A stretch of DNA of 63,485 nt, filler included, from Phoronis australis (Eukaryota > Animalia > Phoronida), in assembly GCA_002633005.1 (NCBI GenBank). It is 8 parts of 8 records of this genome, joined end to end, with 100 filler letters (N's around TTAATTAATTAA, not from the genome) between each part and the next. Parts side by side here need not be neighbours in the genome. Positions count along the whole stretch, not along the records: positions 1 to 17,164 come from NMRA01001289.1; 7 more parts are not named here. One strand, written 5' to 3'. Position 1 is the stretch's first letter, and each line of letters starts with the position of its first letter. The notes below the pieces were generated by a model. That model was given only the letters and a program-made list of their open reading frames with translations, did no database searches and was not told the origin of the DNA. A program made the position numbers and the translations under genes. Shown in pieces: positions 1 to 11,401 of this stretch.

Positions 1-420
1 AAATCATTCCACAACAGCAATACATACTGCATGTTTCTTGAGCTGTCTTGAGTTCTGAAAATAGACAACAGGTGGCGCAATTTGTCACAATTCAGTAATA
101 AAAGCAAGGCGGAGCGTTGAAATGCATCCACAACAAAGTTGCATACAGCATGCTTCTTGAGCAAAACAGACAATAGGTGGCACCACAATTCAGTAACAAA
201 AGCAAGGCGTAGCGTTGAAAATCACCCATGACAGCAACGCATATAGCCCGTTTCTAGAGCTCTTATTTAGTTCCAAGAACAGACAACAGGTGGCGCAGAA
301 CTTTGCCACAATTCAGTAACAAAAGCATGGTCTAGCGTTGAACTGCACCTACGTCAGCAACGCATACAGCGTGTTTCTAGAGCTTTTCTTTAGTTCCAAA
401 AATAGACAACAGGTGGCCCT
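1..420. repeat. Tandem repeat of about 105-123 bp, derived from the terminal module of the Helentron/HINE family
   Basis: About 4 diverged units (GGTGGC at ~71, 176, 289, 412). Each resembles the HINE end at 7099-7200 (GCGGAGCGTTGAAATGC...). Confidence 0.75.
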
Positions 421-539
421 GAACTAAAATCTGCCAAGAAACAAAGGAAATTGCCTATTGTGAGTACATTGTCCGTTTGATCCGCCGGACAGTTATCGTC
501 TGTTATCTTCACATAAATTTACTTACTAAACTTAATAAT

Positions 540-2480
540 TAATGATCCTGCAGTGGGTTTTGGAGATACAGTTATGGGTGAAGAACACAACAAAACTACC
601 ACTAGGAGGCGCCACAATAGTCAGTTGCCATCATTAAACGTCCTCTTCACACTGAAAACATATAGGCCAATTTGCAAAACCCAGAATGACTTGGTTGATC
701 GAGGGGTGGACGCCAAAAACAAGATTTGAAAACAGCAAAATTGGCCACCAGATGGTGCAAAATACCTCGATTTCATCGAAAAACAGGATGATAGCGTCAT
801 CTCACCAATTGATGCCTATATTCTATGAAAATCTGTTGATATGCAACCACAAATAAATATGTGGGCGTATAAAAATTACCACTAGGTGGTGCAAAATGCC
901 TCGAACAAATCCTAAAACGGGAGGATAGCATCATCTCAATAATACATGCCTATCAATGAAGTTTTATGAAAATCGGTTGAGCACCTTTGAAAATAAACTG
1001 ATTGACAATAGGAGGCGCCTTAGTAGTCAAATTTGTCATCGTCAACCGTCCTATTGACAACCTAAACCCAATTTTTAAAAATCAATTAGAATAGTTTGGT
1101 TGATAGAGAGGCAGAGAGCAAAAATGGCCACTAGGTGGGGCAACATATCTCATCCATCCGAAAATAAGAAGACAGCATCATCTCACCGATGGAGGCCTAT
1201 ATTTCAAATGTTATGAAAATCCCTTGAGGGCCTTTGAATATAATGAATATAAAAAACTGAAGTTGATACTAGGGTCACACCAGTAGTCAGATCCGTCCAA
1301 AAGTTGTCGTATGTTGTTAACTTTATAACAATGTACTTGCTAAATTTAGTGAAGATCCTGCAAGTGGATATAACCATGAGTGTAAAAAACGAACCTGCCA
1401 CCAGGGAAAAATCACCATGAAAAGCCTTCTTCATAGTAAGAGTATATACGTCAATTTTCAAAATCATAAGATAGAGGGTGAACTCAAAACAGCAAAATGA
1501 CCACTAAGGTGGCGCAAAATACCTTGATTCCATCCGAAAATGGGATGATAGGGTCATCTCACTAATAGATGCCTATATTCCAAATTTTATGAAAATCTGT
1601 TCAGAACTATGATGACACAGAGGTAAATATAAAAAATTAAAATTGCCACTAGGGGGCACACCGATAGACAGATCTATTGAAGTCGTGTTGTCAACATCAT
1701 ATGAATATACTCGCTAAATTTAGTAGAGATCCTGCAAATGATTTAGGAGATATACCGGTAGGCATGACCATAAACAAAACGTAACTGCCACTAGAGGGCA
1801 CAACAGAAGTTAGTCATTGAAAAATCATCATGAACCGTCCTCTTCATAGTAAGAGCATATACGCCAATTTTCAAAATCATCCTAAGAATACTTTGGTTGA
1901 TAGAAGGTGAACTCAAAAACAGCAAAATGGACACTAAGTGGCACAAAATACCTTGATTCCATTCAAAAACGGGACGCTATCATCTATTTTCCAAATTTTA
2001 TAAATCTCTTAAGAAGCTTTGAAGACACAGAGGTAAATATGAAAAATTAAAATTGCCACAAGGGGTCACTCCGGCAGTCAGATCCGTCCAAAAGTCGTGG
2101 TCATCTGTTGTCAACATCATATGAATATACTTGCAAAATTTAGTACAGATCCTGTAAATGGTTTAGGATACAAAGACATGAGCGCAATAAAAAACAAAAC
2201 TGTCAATAGGAGGCCCAAAGTAGTCAAAGATATCGGAAAATCATCACGAGCCGTCTTCTTCAGAGTAGAAACATACATGCCAATTTTCACAATCATCCTT
2301 AGAGTCGTTTGGTTGATAGAGGAGTGGACACCAAAGAACAGACTCGAAAACAGTAACAAGAGCAACGCACAGTGTCGAATTGCAGCCACGAATGCAACGC
2401 AAACCAAGTGCTTCTAGAGTTGTTTATTTCTATCATAAAAATGGCCACTAGGTGGGCCAAAACGTCAAATCCATCTAAAA
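540..2480. mobile_element. Older, diverged HINE core-repeat array (450-bp unit family)
   Basis: Recurrent GCCACTAG-containing ~150-bp subunits homologous to 7450-9330; hairpin remnant at 841-870; terminal module AACAAGAGCAACGC at ~2355. Confidence 0.75.
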
Positions 2481-3179
2481 ACAGAACAAACCATCGCTTC
2501 TTTAATAGAGAGCTATTGACATTTTTAAGGTTGAAAACCATTATAGGTGATTCTAGGCACTATTTCTAGCATAAGGATTGTACTTCTCAAAATCAGACCT
2601 GTGGCCATTGTCGATAAACTTTTAGTTACCTGTTACGTTTTATGTTATGCTTTTGCCTCTGCGGATATTCTTGGATTTTGCATGTTAATGATTTGTTATT
2701 CTTGGTGTCATTGCTGTAATTTTAGTTGAAAAAGATTGCTGTTGAAACGTTGACTTTTGTTGTAGTCCTTCCTAGCTATGTAATCACATTTCCTTTGGTT
2801 GTGTTTCATGATTTGGTAGTGATTTCTCTGTTTGTACATTCCATTTTGCTCCCTCAGTTATCGCATAATTGTCATAGACTGAGAACGATGCAAATAATGA
2901 ATATATAATTAGCCTCATTTAGTTTTCAGTGCATTGTATGCATGACACTTGATGAACTGATTTTTGAAATGTTTCTGGTTTTTAAGATTTCGATTTTTCA
3001 CTTATGTTCACTTACGTGAAGGAACTAGTGTATTTTAGGAAGTGCATTTTATTTTCTGCAATTAATCACTGTTAATGAAATGTTAATAGAAGTCTAGTTT
3101 GTTAAATCTTGATGAGGATCATTAAATTTGTTACTGTACTCCACTCTTGTTTTAGTGAAAGTCGAAATTTTTGAATGTC

Positions 3180-3439
3180 TGTCGTATTGAAACTTATTTC
3201 TTTTAGAAAACTTCAGTTTTCAAAAGTTAGTTCCTTGAAAATTTATGTTCAGAAAACTTAGTTTTCAAAAACTTAAGTTTTGATGACTTATGTTTGTTAC
3301 TAAAAACTTGTTCCAAAACTTAAGTTTTCAAAAACTTAAGTTTTCGCCAAAAACTTAAGTTTTCGGGAATGAAAACTTAAGTTTTTCAGACCAAAAACTT
3401 AAGTTTTTCGATGAAAATTTAAGTTCATTTTTGTAAGGG
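3180..3439. mobile_element. DNA-transposon terminus with clustered AAAACTTAAGTTTT palindromes, interrupting the HINE array
   Basis: Repeated 14-bp palindrome and variants, ending in TTTTTGTAAGGG exactly where HINE repeat homology resumes (~3441). Confidence 0.55.
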
Positions 3440-3440
3440 A

Positions 3441-4452
3441 ACGGTTTGGGAGATACAGCCATGGGCGCAAAAAACTGCCACTAGAAGGCGCCACAGTAAT
3501 CAAAGTCATGGGAAATTCAGCGTCAACCGTCCTCTTCATAGTAAGAACATACATGCCAATTTTCACAATCATACTTATAGCGGTTTGGTTGATAGAGGGG
3601 TGGACGCCAAAAAAACAGACTCAAAAACAGTAAAAATGGCCACTGGGTGTCGCAAACTAGGTCGAATCCATCCGAAAACGGGAGGATAGCGTCATTGCAC
3701 TAATAGGTGCCCACATACCAAATTTCATGAAAATCCATTAAGGACTTGTGAAAATACAGAGGTAAACGTAAAAATATAAAATTGCCACTAGGGGGGGCAC
3801 ACTGGTAGGCGGATCTGTCCAAAAGTCGTCATCGTCTGTTGTTAACATGATATAAATATACTTATTAAATTTCGTAAAGATCCTGCGAACGGTTTAGGAG
3901 ATACAGCCATAGGCGCAAAAAAAAACAAAACTGCCACTAGGAAGTGCCACAGTAGTCCAAGTCGTCTGAAAATCATCGTCAACCGTCCTCTACATAGTAA
4001 GCATATACATACCAATTTTAACAATCATCCTTCGAGCGGTTTGGTTGATAGAGGGGTGGAAACACAAAAACAGACTCGAAAACACTAAAAATGGCCACTA
4101 GGTGGCGCAAACTAAGTCGAATTCATCTGAAAACCGGAGGATAGCGTCACCTCACTAATAGGTGCCTACACACTAAATTTCATCAAAATCCGTTCAGGAC
4201 TTATGAAGATACAAAGGTAAGCGTAAAAAACTAAAATTGCCACTAGGGGGCACACCGGCAGTCGGATCCATCCGAAAGTTCGCACATGCCGTCCCATTCA
4301 TGAATGGAACATATGTGCCAAATTTCATGAACGTATGTCAAAGGGTTTTGGAGATAAAGCAGCGGACGCCGGACGGACGCCGCCAGGACAGACGGAAGGA
4401 CGGACGCAGATGACGGCATAATGCGTCCATATATAAATATGTGGGCGCATAA
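3441..4452 (-). mobile_element. HINE (Helentron non-autonomous) segment: core repeats, GGAC/GACG microsatellite and terminal hairpin
   Basis: About 2 copies of the 450-bp unit, CGGA microsatellite at ~4363-4408, hairpin ATGCGTCCATATAT-AA-ATATGTGGGCGCAT at 4421-4450. Confidence 0.8.
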
Positions 4453-4648
4453 CGAAGATACAATTAAAACAGGTTGAGAATTAAGACAATAAATAAATGA
4501 CTAAGAATTGTAAAAATTTAACTAAGACAGATGAAATAAATAAAGAGATGACTCTAGACAGTGAGAGTATTTACGACAATGAAAAAATGAGATGATTAAG
4601 ACAGAGAGTGTATAAAAAGGTTGGTAAATTTCAGCCACTTTTTAACAT

Positions 4649-5600
4649 TTACTTTGAAAGTTGTAATTGAATTGGTCTGGACCATTTAATTTTTGGGCTA
4701 AGAGAATTCCATATTATAGCAGCTGCATAGATAAAAGGCCTCTTGCCGGTCTCCGTTTTAATTTTTTTAGAAGAAGCATTTCCAGCAACATAAGAATGTG
4801 TGGAATATATAGACTGACTGTTATTGAATTTACTACTGAGATATGCTGGAGCTAAGTCATTGATACATCGGTACATACGACAGGCAGAGTGAAATTTATT
4901 TCTTTGTTTTACTTTCATAAATCCCAGCTTGAAATACAAGTCGTCAACCGTAGTGTCCCAAATTCTAGTACCCAGTCTAGCCCTGGCGGCTCTATTTTGG
5001 ATTACTTGTGCTTTGCTGACAAGTGTGTCACCAAACCGGTAAACAATAATCAATACGAGGCTGAATAATAGAAAGGTAGTCTTAAGAGTACTGACATAAA
5101 GAAATTTGCCTAGACGTTTAAGTACACCGATTTCCTTTGATAATTTCTTTGTGATGTGATCTATGTGCATATTAAATTTAAGATTGGGATCTAAAATAAG
5201 GCCCAAGTACTTAAACTTGTCAACATTCTCAATGGGAGAACCGTTGATAGGAAGGGACAGTTTTTGTTGTTTTAATTTCTGGTGGGTTCCAAACAGCATC
5301 GACTTGGTTTTACTAATGTTAAGAACGAGTTTATTTTGAATCAGCCAGTCATGGATAAATGATAGCTCATCGTTGAGAGAAGTTTCCGAGTATTTTTACT
5401 GATCCAGCTGTGAACATAATTGCAGTGTCATCAGCGTATAAATCTGGGACACTGTTGTGGAGGACAGTAGGGAGCTTGTTAACAAAAGTAGTGAATAATA
5501 GAGGGCCCAAAATGGAACCCTTAGGTACGCCCATGATTATGGTCGAGTAGTCAGAAAGAATACCACCGTATTTGAAGGACTGTTTACGGTCGTATACTAA
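4649..5600 (-). mobile_element. 5'-truncated LINE (CR1/L2-group) reverse transcriptase pseudogene
   Basis: GVPKGSILGPLLF, LYADDTAI, KFKYLGLILDPNLKFNMHI, IQNRAAR and a C-terminal GKRPFIYAAAIIWNSL; frameshifted. Confidence 0.9.
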
Positions 5601-5691
5601 ATAACAACCAATTAGTGCACTTTTAAGTGCAACAAAAATTCTTTTTCCACAAGACAGCTTAGTAACTCTGGACACCATTTCCACAAGTTAA

Positions 5692-8600
5692 AGGAGCATG
5701 CCACCCAAAAAACAACGTAATTTGTATCAATTTAAATCGAGTAGTTCTACTCCATAAGGACACCTACGGTTGTGTTACCCGAAACCTGACGGCAGACGGA
5801 GGTGTTGAAATTATCCAATGACGTCATCGGTATCACACGCAGTCTGTTCAGCAGTTCACAACACGGGTTACTTTTGTCAGCTTATTGCTTGAAGTTATCG
5901 TTTAACACCAATAAATCATCAAACTTCGATGTAAAAACCTTAAAAATACACAGTTCTTATAAAAACGTGTTGTTTTATTTCGCTCTTACGGATTTATTGG
6001 TATTTGGACATACTGTAGCCAACAAAGTTCGGCAGGCCAATAAGGTCCGTAGCAGGAGTTTGGGATCTGTTCAGAGATAATTTCGAAGTATTTTCCGTGA
6101 GATACAGACAGGAGAACCTAGATCTGTGTTGTTTAGACTTGTGATTTTTTCAGTTCTAAACATAAAACGCTTGTTATCCTGGCCAGTGGCCCGGAGTCCG
6201 ATCAGGCCCGTCGCGGCTACCCGGATTGACTCGTTATCCCGGCCAGTGAGTGGCTCGGAAACTGATCAGACATCACGAACATAAACCAGCCAAAGTTCAG
6301 TGGAAACTTCGAGTCAAGAAAATACTATACTGGTGAGCCAAAGTAATGTGCACGTGATTATGTTGCTGAATTAGCCACGAAACTGCAAATCTACTTACTC
6401 GTCGGAGCTGCGAATTCAGGTTCCGATTTGGCCACCAGCACAGTCAGGCCAGAAGTTGTACATTGACAATCATTATTTAAGTAATGTAAATGTAAATAAA
6501 GATTACCCTAACACCTGGCCGTGGGATGGAAATCGAGTTGTTTCACAACAGTTTCTGCCAGCAAACACACTAAATTAGCATGAGCTCACACAGCCTCGGT
6601 GTCCCGTCAACTGCACCTAAAGCCGGTAACGCAGTGATTTATTCATTGCTAGCTTCTCAAATCATTTGCACTCACGAACACTCCAAAGGCATTATAAAAT
6701 GCATCTAATGAGACAGACTTTGTTTCAGTTTAATATAAGTATTGGTTAGGGTGAGAATAATTTGTTTTGAAACAGAACACTCAATAGTAAACGCCAACAT
6801 GGCAACTCGCAATCCCGACTAGAGCTCATCAGTCCTGACTTCGCAGGTGGATCGTTAAGTTTTACGGGCTACCAATTCGAACAGGAATACAGTGATGAAG
6901 AAATACTAGAGAGGCGCCATGAACAAGCTCAGACAACGGAACGTATGGAATTATTTGGTAAGCCGGCATTCGCTGTCGACGTCTGCAGGCCACAGACACG
7001 GAGATGTTTCACCGCCTCATACTTGCTATTTATAGCGTACATTTCATTCTTCACTATCACGGGCCACTTCCTAAAGATTTTGGAATCTCAAGGAAAAGAA
7101 CAAGAGCAACGCGGAGCGTTGAAATGCGCCCACAATTGCACCGCATAGGGTATCCTTCTAGGGTTGTTTATTGGTACCATAAAGTGGCCAGTAGAGGGCA
7201 TACTTTGCAAAATGGAAAGGCATGGTCATTGTCTCCTCAATAGGCTAGGGGCAAAATGTGAGTAATCTTCATAATACAAGCACATCCTATACACCAGTTG
7301 CTTAAAGCACCACAGAAACATAGAATTAAAAACAAATTTACCAACATACGAGATTAGCACAGCATTAGAATGCCAGAAACAAATTTCTACTTGGAACTTT
7401 TCCTTCACAGTCACGAAGTAACACAAAGTATACACCTGAAGACCTATGAAAATACAGAGGTCAATGTAAAATACTAAAATTGCCACTAGAGGCAAATACT
7501 AAAATTGCCACTAGAGGCATACCGGTAATCAGAATCATCCTAAAGTCGTCATCGTCCGTTGTCAACATCACATAAATACACTTGCTAAATTTAGTAAAGA
7601 TCCTGCAAACGGTTTGGGAGATACAGCCATGGGCGCAAAAAAACAAAACTGCCACTAGGAGGCGCCACAGTAGTCCAAATCGTCTGAAAATCATTGTCAG
7701 CTGTCTTCCTTATAGTAAGCACATACACGCCAATTTTCACAATCATCCTTTGAGCGGTTTGGTTGATAGAGGGGTGGACGCAAAAATACAGACTCGAAAA
7801 CAGTAAAAATGGCCACTAGGTGGCGCAAACTACGTCGAATCCATCTGAAAACAGTAGGATAGCGTCATCTCACTAATAGGTGCCTACATACCAAATTTCA
7901 TGAAAATCCGTTCAATACTTTTGAAGATACAAAGGTAAGCGTAAAAAACTAAAATTGCCACTAGGGGGCACACCGGTAGTCGGATCCGACCAAAAGTCGT
8001 CATCTTCCGTTGTTAACATCATATAAATATACTTACACAATTTGTAAAGATCCTGCGAACGGTTTAGGAGATACAGCCATAGGCGCAAAAAAACAAAACT
8101 GCCACTAGGAGGCGCCACAGTAGTCGAAATCGTCGGAAAATCATCGTCAACCGTCCTCTACATAGTAAGCATATACATGCCAATTTTCACAATCATCCTT
8201 TGAGCGGTTTGGTTGATAGAGGGGTGGACGCACAAAAACAGACTCGAAAACACTAAAAATGGCCACTAGGTGGCGCAAACTATGTCGAATCCATCTGAAA
8301 ACGGGAGGATAGCGTCATCTCACTAATAGGTGCCTACATACCAAATTTCATGAAAATCCAATAAGGACTTGTGAAGATACAAAGGTAAGCGTAAAAAAAT
8401 TAAAATTGCCACTAGGGGGCACACCGGTAGTCGGATCCGTCCAAAAGTCGTCATCTTCCGTTGTTAACATCATATAAATATACTTACACAATTTCGTAAA
8501 GATCCTGCGAACGGTTTAGGAGATACAGCCATAGGCGCAAAAAAACAAAACTGCCACTAGGAGGTGCCACAGTAGTCGAAATCGTCGGAAAATCATCGTC

Positions 8601-9768
8601 AACCGTCCTCTACATAGTAAGCATATACATGCCAATTTTCACAATCATCCTTTGAGCGGTTTGGTTGATAGAGGGGTGGACGCACAAAAACAGACTCGAA
8701 AACACTAAAAATGGCCACTAGGTGGCGCAAACTATGTCGAATCCATCTGAAAACGGGAGGATAGCGTCATCTCACTAATAGGTGCCTACATACCAAATTT
8801 CATGAAAATCCAATAAGGACTTGTGAAGATACAAAGGTAAGCGTAAAAAAATTAAAATTGCCACTAGGGGGCACACCGGTAGTCGGATCCGTCCAAAAGT
8901 CGTCATCTTCCGTTGTTAACATCATATAAATATACTTACACAATTTCGTAAAGATCCTGCGAACGGTTTAGGAGATACAGCCATAGGCGCAAAAAAACAA
9001 AACTGCCACTAGGAGGCGCCACAGTAGTCGAAATTGTCGGAAAATCATCGTCAACCGTCCTCCACATAGAAAGCATATACATGCCAATTTTCACAATCAT
9101 CTTTTGAGCGGTTTGGTTGATAGAGGAGTGGACGCACAAAAACAGACTCGAAAACACTAAAAATGGCCACTAGGTGGCGCAAACTATGTCGAATCCATCT
9201 GAAAACGGCAGGATAGCGTCATCTCACTACTAGGTGCATACATACCAAATTTCATGAAAATCCGTTCAGGACTTTTGAAGATACAAAGGTAAGCGTAAAA
9301 AACTAAAATTGCCACTAGGGGGCACACCGGTATTCGGATCCATCCGAAAGTTCGCACATGCTGTCCCATTCATGAATGGAACATATGTGCCAAATTTCAT
9401 GAACGTATGTCAAAGGGTTTTGGAGATAGAGCAGCGGACGCCGGACGCCAGACGCCGGACGCCAGACGCCGGACGCCGGACGGACGCCGCCCGGACGGAC
9501 GGACGGACAGAGATGACGGCATAATGCGTCCACATATAAATATGTGGGCGCATAAAAACTATATACCCGCTTTCCTCGCAGCAGCGGGAACGATACACTG
9601 CATCCACTCTGCATATGAACCACTGATGTCGCTAGCGTCGTTTTTCACCTTCCTCACAGGTTAACGCGACACCTCTTGGCAAGGTAAGGTCGACCGTATG
9701 CGAGGCGATATGGATATAGACCAATTAAGATGGCAAAAAAGACTAATTCAATCGGGTGGCATTCTCCT
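5692..9768. mobile_element. Kolobok-type DNA transposon family A, internally deleted, with nested HINE
   Basis: TIRs AGGAGCATGCCACCC / GGGTGGCATTCTCCT flanked by TTAA (5688-5691, 9769-9772). KolX-like GYQFEQEYSDEE remnant on + (~6865-6900). Homologous to 44401-46249. Confidence 0.85.
7099..9555 (-). mobile_element. Complete HINE/pearl-like Helentron element with a ~451-bp central tandem array
   Basis: AACAAGAG end; stem-loop CAACGC-GGA-GCGTTG at 7107-7121; subTIR ATGCGCCCAC at 7124-7133 matching GTGGGCGCAT at 9544-9553; ~4 units (markers at 7651, 8101, 8553, 9005); GGAC microsatellite; hairpin at 9524-9553. Absent from the homologous Kolobok copy at ~46055. Confidence 0.88.
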
Positions 9769-10419
9769 TTAAGACATGATTTCCCCTCATGTTTGCAGAT
9801 AAGTTGGGGGTGTTTGGACTCCAAGAGATAAGAAGACCCTCAAAAATGGGCTTGTGTAAAACAGGAAATACAAAATTTTTATTACTGCTATGGATGAAAC
9901 ATTAGTTCAATTAACAAAAATACACTTTATTGACATGAACAATTCTTGTGTTAGTGAATGATTAAGACATTTTATTACTACTTAACAGCCAGTTAATGAT
10001 TTCTTCAAACTTTTAAGTGCAACAAAAATTCTTTTTTTAAAAGACACTTTAGTAACTCTGGACACCATATCCACAGCTTAAGACTGGATTTTCCTGGGGT
10101 TTATTGATATGACGGGCCACAAAAATGAACTTGTATAAAAATGAAAAATACAACAATTTTTTTATTACTACTACGTATCAATCATATTATTTCAAACGAA
10201 CAAAAATACATTTGAAGATATGACCAATTTACTATCAAATACAACAAAAATGAAACAAAAACATAAGTTAGGATACATCTGAAACTAAATATTAGCTAGC
10301 TTCAAATAAGAGCTAAACTGTTTGAATCATATCTAGTGGCAACAAGTGAAAGTACATGGGATTGTGATGCATGACACAGTCTGTTTTGTTTCATAAGATA
10401 AAACCGGAATCCAAAACAA

Positions 10420-11350
10420 ACATTTAAGTCATGATCGTCCTCACTGTCTTCATCAGATGATTCCATATCTCTTGGTAGAGGATCATGATCTTCGTCTACA
10501 TCACTGTTGATACCGTCAACTCTCTCAGCAGCGCCACCATTGTCATCTGGCTCTGTTTTGATTTGAACCTCTGGAATGAGCGCAGGGTGCATCTGTTCTC
10601 CACTGAATCAAATGATGCAAACTTAGCCGTCAACATTTTCCCATCCATTGGTGGGTATCATTTCCAAGATTTGGAGTCTAGCAACAAATGCACTTCTATC
10701 CATGTAAAGTGCTAGTTCAGCTTCACACAGTGGAATACTGCTGCCCTCGATGCTTTTAAGCTTTGTATTGACTTTGGTTTGTAGGTTTTGTCAACCCCAC
10801 TGAACCGGTGCTTGTTTAGTTGGACAAAACGATATCCTGCAAGATTTTGATGACTTCTTCCATTGGAACATTGCGGTTCAATGACGCAATAAGCTCTCTG
10901 GAACTTATCACTTTTCGCCATGAATGCATATGGTCTTTTCTTTCCTTACTTACAAATGCACAGGTATAGCAACATCCAATGAACGCGTGTAGGCCAAGGT
11001 ATTAGTTGCGTTTAAATAATGTAGATTGCCTTGTCCTCTAGTCCCAACCTCCATCCACACTGTGGATGTAACTCAATGGACATGATGCAGGAACAACACT
11101 AGAGTGTTGGTGTCAGAAGCTCTTATGACCACGTCGCCAGGTGTGGGCTTGTCTGCCTCAATTATGTGAACGGTGACTCTGATGTCTGCTTCAGATTAAT
11201 TGCAAGTTAGAGATGGAACTGATTCTGTGCATACTTCTCCATCTTCAACAAAGTACCAAGTGCACTCTCCCATCACTCTCCAATATACTTCAGTTCCATC
11301 TAGAAGTGGACTGTAGAAGTTGCTCAACCAATCCTTGGCGAGAAAGAACG
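10420..11350 (-). pseudogene. Decayed transposon-type ORF with a FEN1/XPG-like (PIN-fold, H3TH) nuclease signature and an acidic tail
   Basis: Joining frames by hand gives FLAKDW...LTCN*SEADIRVTVH...VVIRASDTNTLVLFL...GLHAFIGCCYTCAFVSKEKKRP...KLKSIEGSSIPLCEAEL...PTNGWENVDG...FSGEQM, then a D/E-rich tail. Confidence 0.7.
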
Positions 11351-11401
11351 AAACATCTCTCGTTTGAACGACTCCCACTCGAGTTGTTTCGTGAACCAAG
11401 T

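Noticed and set aside
1204-9664. Many short ORFs in the HINE arrays
   Set aside because: Recurrent translations of non-coding tandem repeats and microsatellite; no domain signal or splice structure.
10712-10921. THAP domain in ORF MAKSDKFQRAYCVIEPQCSN
   Set aside because: Cys spacing is wrong and there is no CxxHF; the segment is a frameshifted part of the nuclease-like pseudogene.
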